From assembly GCF_036365525.1 (NCBI RefSeq), contig NC_090377.1, positions 90,325,126-90,389,125 of the forward strand: 64,000 nucleotides of DNA, written 5' to 3'. The notes under the pieces are model-generated. The model did no database searches. It was not told the DNA's origin and saw nothing but the letters and a program-made list of their open reading frames with translations. The DNA comes from Heterodontus francisci (Eukaryota). This document shows positions 25,480 to 38,713 of the stretch, in pieces; position 1 is the stretch's first letter; every line of letters begins with the position of its first letter. The position numbers were made by a program, and so were the translations under genes.

Positions 25480-26150
25480 GAAATGATTCCGAAGTTTGCT
25501 AGAAAAATCCAAATAACTTGCAACAGTTAATGTTTTGTGGTGTACGCTGCAGCTGGGCAGTGAAGTCAAGTGAAAATATCAGAGACCTTAAAGAGGAATT
25601 AAATAAAACCTGCAAATGGATAAATCAATGGCAGGTGAAATTCAGTAAAGGCAAATGCAAGGGACTACACAGTGTAGGAAAGATAGATGTCACATGTAGT
25701 TAATGGTGAAGGAGAAAGGCTCTCGGAAGTAACTAAAGGCAAAGCAAATAGAATGTTAAATTGTGTTGTTAGATCAGTTGAGTGCGAGTTACAGACTTCA
25801 TGCTAAATCTGTACAGTGCCCTATTGGACCACAACTCAAGTACTGTGTTCATTTTTGGTTACCAAAACATAAGACAAATATTCAAATCTTAGAGGCAGTG
25901 CAGAGAAAAACCACAAGCTTAATCCCTAGCATGAAAGGATTCAGTCACAAGAAAGACTGGGGAAACTGGGGCATTTTAGTCTTGAGGAGAGGCACTGAGA
26001 GGGAATCTTATACACTATACAAAATATTATAAGGTAGATAAGGCAAATCTGGATTCTACTTCAAGATACTAAAACAAGGAGATAACTGAATGATATGATG
26101 GGGGATTAGGTTTTATGTTCTGAATGGGTGAGCTGACATGAGGCATACAG
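25480..26150 (+). mobile_element. Old CR1 3' fragment
   Basis: WQVKFSKGKCK and PQLKYCVHFWLP motifs. Confidence 0.75.
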
Positions 26151-27314
26151 CCTCCATCATTTATATCTATCTTGTGATTTTTGATCATAAATGATGGTAG
26201 ACAATTAAGCAACAATTAGGAGAGAAGGCTCCATGAACAACTTCATCCTCAATAAAGGCAGAGACCAGCAAGGGAATGCGAAGAACCATCTTCAGCCAGA
26301 AGTGCAGAGTGGAAGATCCTTCTGAGCCTCTTCCTGAGGACCTGCTATCAGAGAAGTCAGTCTTCACTCAATTTCACTCACTTCATGTGATATCAACAGC
26401 AGAAATAACTTGCATTTCTATAGCTTCTTTAAAGTAGTAAAATGTCTCAAGTTGACAAAAACAGCTGAGTGCACTGGCCACTACAAATGTTATGGGACTC
26501 GACAACATCAAACTGTAGTGATGAAGATCTGTGCTCCAGAACTAGCCACACCAAGCTGTTGTAATATAGTTACAACATTGGCATTTGCCTGACAATTTGG
26601 AAAATTTCCCAGGTATGTCCTGTCCAAAAAAGGGAGGAAAAATCCAACCTAGACAATCTACTTACTCTCAATCATCAGCAAAATGATGAAAGGAGTCACC
26701 AACAGTGCTATCAAGAGGCATTTGCTCACCAATAAACTGCTCAACGATGCTCAGTTTGGGTTCTGCCAGGCTCACTCAGCCTCGGGCTGAATCTTAACTG
26801 CCAAGTGGAGGGGCGGGGTTGGATGCAGGCTGGGGGGATGTTAAAGCCCCAGAAACGCTGGGTCAGAACTCCAGCATGTCCTGACCAGTTCCAGGTTTAA
26901 CCAAGGTGTGTTTGAATGGGTGAGCTGGCATGAGGAAAATAGCCTCCATTATTTGTATCCATCTTGTGACCTTTGATCACAAATGGTGGTAGACAATTAA
27001 GCAACTAACTGGAAGAGGAAGCTGCATGAACATCTTCATCCTCAATAATGGCAGTGACCATCGTAGGTGTGCAAAGGACTATTTTCAACCAGAAGTACCA
27101 AGTGGTACAAGTGGGAAACCCCCATGGAGCTGTCAGGTAAGTAATTTCAATATTGAAATAGGCAATTAACAGTGAATTTAACTCAGCATTATGGCTCTAA
27201 TAGCCAGCGTATGTCTTTCCCAAGCTGTGTGGAACTCACTACGGTCAACAAGGAGAGAGAACAGCAGGAATTCAGGTTGGAAGGCCTTTAAACAATGAAA
27301 CTGCATAGCTGCAA

Positions 27315-28103
27315 TAAAGGCCTGCTCAGGTCAAGGAAAAAAAACCCGCCCCGAACCCAACAGAACCACATTGGACCTGAGCCAGAGCCGGCCCAGGTCC
27401 TTCCATTTTTTTCCCATGCCCGACCCGATCCGAGCCTGACACGACCTGACCCGACCTGAGCCCAACCTGACCACCAGAATATTCACTTTGCCTACCTTCC
27501 GGTTCCGAACCCATTTTTCACTTTTTCAGTTTGTGCAGATAAGCAACAAAACTGTAATTGGACTTGAAAGGTTGTTTAAAAAGATAAAGATTCGAGCCAT
27601 TAAGTCAGAGTTTGTTTGGTCACGAGTTAAACAGAAATCCATGGAGTTGTTCCCAGACAGGTTGTGCCAAACTGTACCAGTATCTGTATTGCTTAAAATA
27701 AACACAGCAATTGCCCGAAGGCTCAGAAAATATCATCATACATTACCTAGACTCCTGCTTTACAGGTTGAAATACTTGCTGCAAGTTTATCCAGTGAGTA
27801 GCTGAGATGCAGAGACCAGGAAGGTCCTGAGTGATTAATTATTATAAAATATACAGTATAAAAAATATAAAATGATCACTGCCAGGACTCTAGTCTACAC
27901 ACATACAGTACTGTACTGTCTTTTTAAACAATCTTTCAAGTCAAATTAATACTGTGTGTATCTGACCCGGACCCAGCCCAACCTGGACCCAGCCCAACCT
28001 GGACCTGGCCCGACCCAACCCGAGCCCGAAAGCCCGACCCGGAAGAGCGACCCGACACATGTCGTCGGGTCCTGTCGGGTTCGGGTTGGGTAGCAGGTCT
28101 TTA
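27315..28103. mobile_element. Non-autonomous hAT element with ACCCGA-type subterminal repeats
   Basis: TIR TAAAG(G/A)CCTGC; 8-bp TSD AGCTGCA(A/G); arrays of (A/G)CCCGA near both ends. Confidence 0.85.
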
Positions 28104-28244
28104 AGCTGCAGGCCAGCCTATGTGAAAGGCTTGTGCTCTCAGCAATTGTTGTAAAAGCCTGATTCCGCTGCTTCAAAGGTGATTTCCAATCTTTTGAAAG
28201 TCATTCACCTACGTTGGACTTTACTCACAGTGGTCTGAGCTTTT

Positions 28245-28612
28245 TAAAAATTCTTTCATGGGATGTGGACATCACTGGTGAGGACAGCATTTGTTAGCCA
28301 TCCCTAATGGCCCTTGACAACTGAATGGCTTGCGAAGGCATTTCAGAGGGCAGTTAAGAGTCAACCACATTGCTGTGGGTCTGGAGTCACATCGAGGCCA
28401 GGCTAGGTAAGGACAACAGATTTCCTTCCCTGAAGGGCATTCATGAACTAGATGAGTTTTTACGACAAATGATGGTAGTTTCATAGCACCATTATTGAGA
28501 CTAGCTTTCAATTCCAGATTTTTATTAATTAATTGAATTTAAATTCCACCAATACCATGGTGGGATTTGGTGGGCATTAGCCTGGGTCTCTGGATTACCA
28601 CTATGCCACTGA
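28245..28612 (-). mobile_element. SINE composed of the tRNA-like head and body plus the 3' tail of the tRNA-headed LINE
   Basis: Body matches 19670-19965 and 45930-46230; tail matches the LINE 3' end at 16830-16895. Confidence 0.8.
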
Positions 28613-28849
28613 CTGCCCATGCTATCAGCCTTCACTGCAGTATGGGAGAAACTTATACAGCTAAAGCATGAACCTCTAATGAGGAGCAACAAGAGCAGCC
28701 ACACCAACACCAGCAGCATCAGGAGCCACATAGACAGCTGCAGTATCAGCAGCACCAGGAGCAGCAAAAACACCAACAGCAACTGCCTTCTCTGCAGCCA
28801 CATGCCACTCCACAGGGCAGAGAGGATAGACACAGAGCTCCAGCTTGAA

Positions 28850-29180
28850 GGAGGCTATGCCTCAGCACAGGTTATACAGACAGAGGATCAGCTTCCTGCA
28901 CATGACAGAACAACAATGCTTCAGGAGGCTCAGGCTTTTGTGGCAGGTTGTTGCTGACATCTGCAGCCTCTTGGAACAAGACCTCCTTCCACAACCCTGA
29001 ATTTCTTTACCTCCAGCACCTTCCGGGGATCTGCCACATGACCACAAGGGCGATCAAAGCAAGCAGTGGGTTGCTCAAGATATGGTTCAGGTACCTCAAC
29101 AGACTGGATATTCTTCAGTATGCCCCATTTAGGGTATCCAGAATGGTTGTGGTCTGCTATGCCTTGCCAACATCACGTTG
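28850..29180 (+). pseudogene. HARBI1-like Harbinger transposase remnant with the catalytic core deleted
   Basis: N-terminal HRLYRQRISFLHMTEQQCFRRLRL..DICSLLEQDLLP fused to C-terminal HMTTRAI..GLLKIWFRYL..LQYAPFRVSRMVVVCYAL. Confidence 0.75.
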
Positions 29181-30404
29181 AAGTGAGGAATGGAGCTTCA
29201 GGAAGAGGAAAGTGCAGATTGATCAGCATCCTCTGGGGAGGAGGAAGACAAGGAGGAGGAGCCAGATATGGCCATGGTGCCTGCAGCTGCTCACCTGACT
29301 GCCAGGGATGTCCACGATGGCCTCATACAGGCACATTTCAGCTAATCTGTGTGTGAGGCCATCTGGAAGTGCGGTCATAAATCCTGTGCCATCTTCCCCC
29401 CGACCCCAACACAATTCATTCCAACTATCAAAAATCCAACCATCACATTCACACCCTTTTCTCCTCCTGCAACCTGATCATACCATTTACCTGAAGGCTA
29501 CTGTTCAAGTGGAATTCAGGATGCAACAAAGTAGAGGACAGAAGAATGAGGAGTTCAAATAAAATGTTTCATTCATTGAAATAAACATTAACATAATGCC
29601 ATGAATAGAGTCCCCCCAGCCATGTGCCTTTTCTCCATCTTCCTTCCCATGGCCCACCTGCACTTCCCTGCTAGCCAAGAGCAGGAGAGCATTTTGCTGC
29701 ACTTCAATGAAGCATTAAGCCACCAAGTTGAGCCTTTCCTCCATCCTGTTTAAAGTGGCAGGCTGAGTGTGCATGCAGTTGGTCTGGGCCAGCATGCACT
29801 TGGTTGCTTGCTGCATCTGAGTCTCCATTCGGTGGCCACTCTTTCCATGGAGGTGGACATCAGTGTAAATGCCTGAGACATCATGGCACTCATGCTAGAG
29901 ATGGACTAATCCAATCTCTCTCCAACATTGCGTAGTACCTATGGAAATGCTGACAGGAGCATACACATTTGCCATTGCTGCTCCACAAGTTCCCTTTTTG
30001 TGGATGACTCCCAAGGCTCAGAATCTTCACCAGCTTATCATTGCTTGGAGTGTCCTGCGCCCTCCAACGGGTGTGTCTCCAGCACCTGCTCCCACTCACA
30101 TGTGATATGCGCCTCACCAAGTGACAACCTAGCCATCTCTACTGCAGGAGCCACCGGGTGTGTGTTTCTGCACTGATGGAGGGTGCGCATGAGTCATGTG
30201 ACAGTGCATCCTCAGAGTGCTCACCCTCCTGTGAGGACTCCTCAGGCTTCTCTAGCTGCAGCTCCACTGCTACTCTTAAAGGACCTGTGGGAGATAAATG
30301 ACGTGATTTAATGCTGACATAGTATATATCTTGACATTTCAGTTAATAGTGACATCAATTCATCATGAATGATTCTTAAGTGCCAAGTGGCAGTGTGATA
30401 TCTA

Positions 30405-31079
30405 ATGCTCTCACCAGTTTATGGGTGACCCCCATATCTCTATTGCTGATGGCTAATATCTGTGCCACCCTGCCAATCTCCAAGGCATGCTCCTCTACTG
30501 TGGTCAGGATGGTTTTAGCTGAAGGTCCATCCCCGGTTCTCTGCCTCTCCCTGGAGTTGTGCGTTCTCTTCTGCAATGAGAGAAATTTGAGATATGAGTG
30601 TGAAAATTACAATGTGTCGAGAGGAAAAAATGAGAACATCTGTGACGGATGGATGCAAGATGGCAATAGGATGAGGGTGAGTGTGAGTATTGACTGTTTA
30701 GATGGTGATATGAGGAGGTGCCTGGAGAAAAAGGAATGTGTGGAGCTGCAAGGTGTGTTGGTCTGAGGAGTGCTGTGCAAGAGAATGCTCGGGAAGTCAG
30801 AGAGTGATGGCTGACACCTGAAAGTGGTATGCCACTAACCTTTTCTGACCTAATGAGGTCATTAAACCTTTATCGACATTGTATCCAGGTCATCAGCACC
30901 ACACTCCTGTTCCTGATAGCCTTGGCTGCTTCCAGCCTTGCCTGTTTCATCAGCATGGCTGGCTTCTTCCTCCTGTCCTAAGGAAACAGCATATCCCAAT
31001 GGGCCTTCATTATCTCTAGCATGACCTCCAGGGAAGAGTCAGAAAACCGGGTGGCAGCTTTCCCACGTCTTCCTTCCAT
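30405..31079 (-). pseudogene. Harbinger Myb/SANT DNA-binding gene remnant (2+ exons)
   Basis: MEGRRGKAATRFSDSSLEVML...WIQCR*RFNDLIRSEK|gttagt; next exon KRTHNSRERQRTGDGP..LTTVEEHALEI; internal stops. Confidence 0.75.
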
Positions 31080-32799
31080 TTCTTTACTTGTACAGGCCTT
31101 CACAGTAAAGGTTGCCTGCAGCCATTCTGACCCTTGCCAGGAAACCTAGAATCAGAATGCTGTGTTGTGGCTGAGTTAAAGAGCCATGGCAAAGTCCGCT
31201 GATGAAAAAAAAGTTTCCTGTCCCACTGCTGACCACCACCCTCTACCACCACTGTGAGCAGGTCAGTTCAGATAAAATTCCACTCCTCCTTACAGCCTTG
31301 ATCCAAAAATGGACAAAAGAACTGAATTCTGGTGGTGAGATGAGAGTGAACGCCCTTGACATCAAGGCCGCATTCGACCGGGTGCAAATGCCACAAAAGA
31401 GTCCTAGTAAAACTAAAGTCATTGAGGATCAGCAGGAAATTTCTCCACTGGTTAGTGTCATACTAGCACAAAGGAAGATGGTGGTTGTTGTTGGAGGCCA
31501 ATCATCTCAGCCCCAGGGTATCGCTGCAGGAGTTCCTTAAGGTGACTTTCTAGATCCAGCTAGCTTCAGCTGATAAACCTCTCCACTAACTACAAGGCAC
31601 AAGTCAGTAGTATGATAGAATACCCTTCACTTGCCTGGATGGGTACAACTGCAACAACACTCAAGAACCTTGACACCATTCAGGATAAAGCAGTCCACCT
31701 GATTGTCAGCCCATCCACCACCTTAAACATCCACTCCCTCCACCATCAGTGCACTGTGGCTACAGTGTATATTATCTACAGGATGCATTGCAGCAGCTCC
31801 CAAATTCATGACCTCCACCACCTAGAAGGACAAGTGTACTACACTGCATTGAAACACCATCACTTCCTAGTTTCCTTCAAGTCATACACCATCTGGACTT
31901 GGAGATATATTGTCATTCCTTCATGGTCGCTAGGTTAAAATCCTAGAACAACAACTACAATTCCAACTTACATTTACATAGCACCTTTAATGTAGTAAAA
32001 TATCCCAAGATGCTTCACAAGAGCATTATGAAACAAAATTTGACACCAAACCACATAAGGAGATATGAGAACAAATGAGAGGTAGATTTTAAGGAGCATC
32101 TTAAGGAGGAGAGAGAGGTAGAGAGGCAGAGAGGTTTTGCAAGGGAATTCCAGAACTCAGGACCTAGGCAACTAAAAGCATGGCACCCAGTGGTGGAGCA
32201 ATTAATCTCAGAGATGCGCAAGAGGCAGAGCTGAAGGAGTACAGAGATCTCGGAGAGTTGTAGGGCTAGAGCAGGTTGTAGAGATAGAGAAAGGCAAGAC
32301 CAAGGCAAGATTTAAAAACAATGATGAAAATGTTAAAATTGAGGTGTTGCCAGACACGGAGCCAATATAGGTCAGCAAGCTCAGGAGTGTTGGACAAACA
32401 GGATTTGGAGAAAGTTAGGACACAAGTTTCTGGAGGGTTGAGGATGGGAAACTGGCTAGGAGAATATTAGAATAGTCCAGTCTGGAGGAAACAAAACTCC
32501 CTAACAGAATTGTGCTAGTACCTTCACCACATGGACTGCAGTGGTTCAAGAAGAAGGCTCAAGGGCAACTAGGGATTAGTAATAAATGCTGGCTTTGCTA
32601 GCAAATCCCATATCCCTAGAATGAATAAAAACAATCTTGCTACTATAGATAGCAAGGTTTGAACTAATTAACAGGAAAGCAAAATATGTCTGAGAGATTG
32701 GTATATTTAGTGCCAGAATTTTGTAAAATACTCTGAAGTCTTTGGATGTACAGCATACAGGATGACACCACAACTGTTATTCTGCAATTATTGCTTCAG

Positions 32800-32953
32800 G
32801 TTTTTGAAATAGAAATCAGAGAGCAAGCAGCAACAGCTATGTGGGCACTAGCAGGAAAGACATTGACACAACGAGAAAAGATGGCCAAGGAAATCGGTTA
32901 TAGTTTGGTGATAGATCTTTTATTATCGTCATCTGATAAAATGCACAATGTTG
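32800..32953 (+). CDS. ANKAR: ANKAR internal exon, VFEIEIREQAATAMWALAGKTLTQREKMAKEIGYSLVIDLLLSSSDKMHNV
   Basis: cttcag acceptor and gtaagt donor; 154 nt, phase 0 in and phase 1 out; continues the frame of the previous exon. Confidence 0.9.
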
Positions 32954-33439
32954 GTAAGTTACAGTTTTATAATAAGTTTAATTTTTCATACATTGGAAAA
33001 TGTAATACTAAGAATAAATTTGCAACATTATTTAGCTTATGCATGGCCATTCAGGCACCAATATGCAGCACAATAGCAATTGGGATGCAGATTTTATTCT
33101 CTGTACAAATGAATTCCAAACCTCAGTCCTGTTTACAAGGGGAAGAGGGGAGAATTCAGAGGTAGAATGGCCCCATGTGTACTGCTTAGTGGCACTGACA
33201 GCCGCCTGGTTGCAGTTTACCAACTAATGCAACCCCAATTCCTCATTTACCACAGTCCAACACCTTACCTTCCCTTTGTTACTAACCATCACAGCATCCT
33301 CAAGCCACAATGCTGAAACAAAAGCCGCCACAAAACAAACATTGCAAATCAAATTTATCAATCAAACGATCCAATATTCCATATAAAATTTAACTGATCA
33401 CCCTTGTGTATTCCCTTGGTGCCTGCCTTCTGCGTACCT

Positions 33440-33800
33440 TTTTTTTATTCGTTCGGGGGATGTGGGCATCATTGGCTAAGCCAGCATTTATTTCCCATCT
33501 CTAATTGCTTATGAGAAGATGGTGATGCGCTGCCTTCTTGAACTGCTGCAGTCATTGGGGTGTAGGTACACCAACAGTGGAAGGGAGTTCCAGGATTTTG
33601 ACCCAGCGACAGTAATAGTTCAAAGTCAGGATGATGTGTGGCTTGGAGGGGAACTTGCAGGTGGTGGTGTTCCCCATGCATCTGCTGCCGTTGTCCTTCT
33701 AGGTGGTAGAGGTCACAGGTGTAGAAGGTGCTGTCGAAGGAGCCTTGGTGAATTGCTGCAGTGCATCTTGTAGATAGTGCAAACTGCTGCCTCTGTGCAT
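33440..33800 (-). mobile_element. 3' fragment of the tRNA-headed LINE family
   Basis: Shared tail GGGAAATAAATGCTGGCTTAGCC...CCCACATCCCC. Confidence 0.75.
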
Positions 33801-35864
33801 CTGTCCTAGTGCTCCTGCACAATGTTACCCCAGTGGTTGCAGCATAGCTGGTGGAATGCTGCTGACTTTCAATGGGGTTGACTGCAGATGGCCTTGCACA
33901 ATGACCTTGAATGGCTATGGCCCTGGAAGGCCCAGCTTTGGATTGCACCACCTGAGCATGGACAGCAGCAGTCTGGGCTGACTGACTGACAGGCAACAGC
34001 AAGGGCACTGGCTGAGTGTCAGTTGTGGGAGGACAAATGCTCTCATCATGAAAGAGGCTCATCTTCCACAGTGCCACTGCCATTCCCACATCAACCTCAA
34101 CAATCCTAGCAATGTGTTTGAGGACAGATTGCTGGAATACTGTGAGACCCTGCAAGCCCCTTTGCACACAATGTCCTCAATCATAGTGGCAGCATCTGAG
34201 CTTCCACTACAGCAGCCAGACATTGAGTAGTTTCTGCTAGTGCTGCAAATGAACCTGAGACATCAGCCATCAGACACTGCATCGTGGTTGTGTTTTCATG
34301 GAGTTGGCCACCACTTCCATGCTGGAAAGAATGGGCTCTAAGCTCTGTGCAAAGCCCTGTGCCAAAGTTGTTGACAGCCTCCTTGATTCCCCTTGACACT
34401 GTCTACAGGCTTTCTGGCAGGCCTGCCAATGCACCAAACACTTTAGTGTGCATACCCATCAGCCTTTTTCTGTAGGCTGCCCATTCAAAGTCCTCATCTG
34501 AGTCCCCTGCAGCGGAGCTTGTGTTCAGCCTCACCTTCACTACGCTGCACTACCCTTGTCCCCTGCCCTGGCTACAGGCCATTCATGCCTAGTGCCTCAC
34601 CATGTGCAGATCCTGCCTCCAAGTTACCCTCTAAAGTACAGGCAATGTCAGTATCTGAGATGGTGGATGTGAGTTTGAGAGTGACTGACAGTATTTCTTC
34701 TTCATCTTCTTCATCACTGTTTTCCTGCTCTTCCACCTCCTCCTCCACCACTGCCTGGCCGGGTTGCAGTTCTTGGGGATCTGAAAGGAGAAAGCACAAG
34801 GGTACAGTTGTGGTCAGGGGAGTAGGGGGGAAGCAAGAGGTTTGTATTTACACTAATTGCAAATTGTAAATAAAGATTGTGAGATGAAGGGGAAGTTGGA
34901 TGTGACAAGGATTAGATATGAACATACCATCATCTTTGATGGTTTCAGTCCCCCTGCTGGTCAGGGCCTCAGTCATGGCCACTCCAATGATGGCAAGCAT
35001 TGTCTCCTCCATGGTTCTGAGGACCTGCAGGCATGCCTTTTCCCACCGATTAGCTCCTGCTGCCTTCGGCTATGCACCGCGATGCATTGCAAAAAAGAGG
35101 GAAGTGTGTTATTGAGTGTGGTATTTGGGTCATGTGGTTGTCATGGTTGAATAGCTGGCAGTGTATGCAATCTGTGAGATGTGGGTGTAAGGGTGAGATA
35201 AGGCATATGAATGTTATGTTTGAGTTGTTATTGATTGAGATTGTTGGTTGTTGAGTGATGGGGGTGTGTAGCATTGAGTAAAGTGTGAGATTTGCAGGGC
35301 AATTGGTAAGATGTCGCATTTGAAGTTGAATTTTCTAATCTTGACCACTCTTGTGAGGTCATTGAACTTCTGACAGCACTGCAACCTGGTCCTTGTCCCC
35401 TGCCCTGGACTTTGGCATTGACCACCACAGCCATCTGTTCCCATTAGTTTCTGAGAATTTGGAGCAGTGGTTGGCAACGTATCCGTACACCAGTGTCCAT
35501 GGTAAAAATTTTGAGGTCCGTGACTGGCAATTTCAGGAATGAGAAATTTCCCATTGACTTCTTCTTTCCAGACAAGTCTGACTTTAAAAAAATTCACAGC
35601 CATCAGATTCAGTTTCACGCTGACCAGTGCTGGGACGGGAACAGCGGCTTCCGAAATCAGGACAAGTTCTGTTTTTTCCGGCAGGTTCTGATTGTTTTTT
35701 AGAAAGCCTGCCAAAAACCCCGAACCTGTCCAGAGCTCGGAAGCCACTGTTCCCGCTCCCAGCACCTTTCACTGTGAAAATGAAACTGACAGCTGTGAAT
35801 TTTTTTTTAAAAACTGACCAATCACAAAGCTGGTCTTGAGAAAGTTCCTGCTCTGTGCAACTGT

Positions 35865-36912
35865 CAGAGAGAGAGGCAGAGGGAGAGACAGAGAGAGAGA
35901 GAGAGGGAGAGGGAAGAGGACGAGGGAACAGGGAGGGGGAGAGGGAGGAAGAGGGAGAGGGGAGAAGGACAGAGAGGCAGGGAGATGGGAGAACGAAGGA
36001 AGAGGGAGAGGGAGAGAAAGGGGAAAGAGAGAGGGAGAGGGAAGNNNNNNNNNNNNNNNNNNNNNNNNNNNNNNNNNNNNNNNNNNNNNNNNNNNNNNNN
36101 NNNNNNNNNNNNNNNNNNNNNNNNNNNNNNNNNNNNNNNNNNNNNNNNNNNNNNNNNNNNNNNNNNNNNNNNNNNNNNAGGGAGAGGGAGATTGGGATGG
36201 AGAGCGAGAGAGAGGGGGAAGAGAGTGGGGGAATACGGATGGACACAGAGGAAGGGGGGGCGAGAAAGTGAGGGAGAGAGATGGACACAGAGGGGGGAGA
36301 GAGAGAGGTGAGAGATGGATTCAGAGAGGGTATAGGGATTGACACAGAGAGGGGGCGAGTGAGCGAGAGGGGAGAGAAAGAGATCAAGATCACACCTGAC
36401 ACTTGGAGAGACAGAGAGGAGAGAGAGGGAGAGGAAAAAGTGAGGCAGAGAGAGAGGAAAGAGGGAGAGGGGAGAATGAGGGAGAGAGAGGGAGAGGGAG
36501 AGAGGGGTGGGAAGAGCGAGGGGGAGAGAGGAAGGGGAGAGAGAGTGCGGGAGAGGGGAGGGGAGAGATAGGAAAGAGAGAGAGGGAGAGGAGAGAGTGG
36601 GAGAGAGTGGGAGAGAGAGAGTGGGGGAGAGAGAGAGGGGTGAGAGAGTGAGGGATAGAGGAGAGGAGTGAGGGGGAGAGAAGGGGGATGGAGGAAAGAA
36701 AGTGGAGAGAGATGGGGGCAAGAGAGAGGAGGGAGAGAGAGGAAGGGAGATAGGGATGGACAGAGAGAGAGGGGAGAGAAAGGAGGAGAGAGTGGGGGGA
36801 GACAGATGGACAGAGGGAGGTGAGAAGGGGGAGAGAGAGAGAGGGGGAGAGATGGACAGTGAGAGGGTATAGGGATTGACACAGGGAGAGAGAGTGAGAG
36901 GGGACAGAAAGA
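35865..36912 (+). repeat. Polypurine GA-rich low-complexity tract
   Basis: Directly visible; accounts for the long low-complexity ORFs here. Confidence 0.95.
36045..36178. other. Assembly gap (134 N)
   Basis: Run of n. Confidence 0.99.
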
Positions 36913-38185
36913 GATCAAGATTACACCTGACTGATGGACATCTCTCTGGATTCTCCGCATCGCTACATCAAGTGTGTGGGCAGACATTGACTACTGGTGC
37001 AAGCAAAAACAATGCCAGGTACTCATTAAATAGGGAGAAATGCATTTTAAATCAGATTGTGATTTGAAGGCATTAGGTTGGCTAGACACTTTATATACAA
37101 ATTAATTGTCCCCATGTCCGTGGCTGAGTCAATAATTTTGTCAAATGTCTGTGGTGCAACATGTTGGTGCCTATCCCTGGTCTTGAGGCCCTTCTGATCC
37201 CCTATGGATAGACAACATCTCTTCTCCTCTGGCCCTCCTTGTCCAATGCCTCCAGTACAGTGTCAGAAAGTCTTGAAACCTACTTTCTGCCATGATGTGT
37301 TATCATTCAGTGTTCTCTTGCTCACACTCTCTTCCACAACCAGTTCCTGCACCTGCTGCAGCCAGAATGCACCTTCCCTTTCAGAAGTGCAGACTGCCTT
37401 TAAGTAGTGCAGGCTAGCTTTGAGTGGTGCTAGTCTGTCATGATTTTGCATACTCTGGTCAGGCGTGCAGCCTCTCAACAACGCATTTAGCACTGCCTGC
37501 ATGTTGCAATCACTTAAATGAGCAGGCAGCACAAAGTGCACCCGTTTTAGGCCTTAGCGAATTTCGCGGCCATATTTTATTCATCGGCATGAAGATTATT
37601 TGCTCTGTAATGTAGGAAATCTTGTTTATTCAGTAGGATAAGGATTATTCCGTGTATAACTAGATGGAATTGCTCTTTATGCTGACATTTTACAAATAAC
37701 TGAGGTTTTGCAGAATGTAAATAATATAAAATGTACAGGTTCAGTTAAGTATAATGGGTAAACTGTGATCGTTTCCAAAATCTAACTAGTTTTGTAAATG
37801 TTGAGGTTACTAATTGTGTTCCTCAAACTGCCCGTGGTATCTCTGTAATTGTGAATCACAGCTCTCTTTTTCTTGCATCTCTACTATTACCATGCTGTTC
37901 AGTATAGTATGGATGATTGCCTTATGCTATTGCAAATTTCATTACTTTTACTCCAATTTTTATAAGGGAAGACATTATGAAGTATAATTAGGAAAATTAT
38001 AGGGCAAAATTTTTGACACTGTCACATTACTGCAGCAAATCTGTCAGCCTGAACATTTGCTAAACAGCCTGAGCATTTTTTCTAACATTGGGGGGGTGAC
38101 CTGCCATGCAAACAGGGAAACCCTGCTTTACTACTCTTGCTTTAAGAAGATCTTCAAAGAAGATTCAGAAAGTGGTGCAGACCTA

Positions 38186-38400
38186 AAATAAAAAACAGAA
38201 AGTGCTAGAAATACTCAGCAGGTCTGGCAGCATTTGTGGAGAGAGAAACAAAGTTAACATTTCAGATCTGTGACCTTACATCAGACCTGAAACGTTAACT
38301 GTTTCTCTCTCCACAGATGCTGCCATACTTGCTGAGTATTTCCCGCATTTTCTGTTTTTATTTCAGATTTCCAGGATCCGCAGTATTTTGCTTTTATTTT
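38186..38400. mobile_element. Fold-back Penelope pseudo-LTR pair
   Basis: Inverted ~70-bp arms with the inversion point at the hammerhead core (~38285). Confidence 0.8.
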
Positions 38401-38713
38401 AGTGGAGCAGACCTGCTCGTTTCTCCAGCCGTCATCTGTTCTTCACAACAACAATTCATATGGAATTGCAAACTCTTTAAATTGAACCCATTAAATAGCA
38501 ATTACAGCCTTTGAGCGCAGCAGTGCAATATTTAATCTCTCACTGTCAATGAACTCCTAGCATGAGATCTGTCATAAGTATTTTTTTCCCAACACTTTTA
38601 GTGTCAGAACTATACAATTTGCCTTAATAGTTTCTTTGCCTGGTCTGGCCTATATGTGACTCCAGACTCACACCAACATGGTTGACTCTTAACTGCCTTT
38701 TGAAGTGGCCAGT

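Larger units (their letters stand above)
26784..31285. mobile_element. Decayed two-gene PIF/Harbinger transposon
   Basis: TIR-like GGGCTGAATCTT...AAAATTCCACTC with CTC TSD; plus-strand transposase remnant and convergent minus-strand Myb/SANT gene. Confidence 0.78.
26190..32630 (+). mobile_element. Decayed copy of the same LINE family as 16826-19965, split by the Harbinger insertion (pieces ~26190-26783 and 31286-32630)
   Basis: KICAPELA, ALDIKAAFDRV and MIEYPSLAWM motifs; tail ATGAATAAAA at ~32620. Confidence 0.75.
35465..37179 (+). mobile_element. hAT (Charlie-like) deletion derivative with an expanded GA-rich tract
   Basis: CAGTGGTTGGCAAC left end and degenerate right end ..CCTATCCCTG; transposase C-terminal remnant RSRLHLTDGHLSG; homologous to 43014-43815. 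Confidence 0.65.
33800..37570 (-). mobile_element. Second Harbinger-derived remnant (Myb gene), interrupted by a hAT element
   Basis: RLSDTVLEALDKEGQRRRDVVYP (37190-37275) continues as WEQMAVVVNAK..LQCCQKFNDLTRVVK (35340-35455). Confidence 0.65.

Noticed and set aside
27340-28090. Short ACCCGA-type repeats resembling an array
   Set aside because: hAT subterminal repeats; no constant repeat/unique spacer structure, so not CRISPR-like
33469-34167. 232-aa minus-strand ORF
   Set aside because: Chance read-through of Harbinger-derived sequence into a LINE 3' UTR
35584-36987. 467-aa and overlapping long ORFs
   Set aside because: Artefacts of the GA/CT low-complexity tract and the N gap
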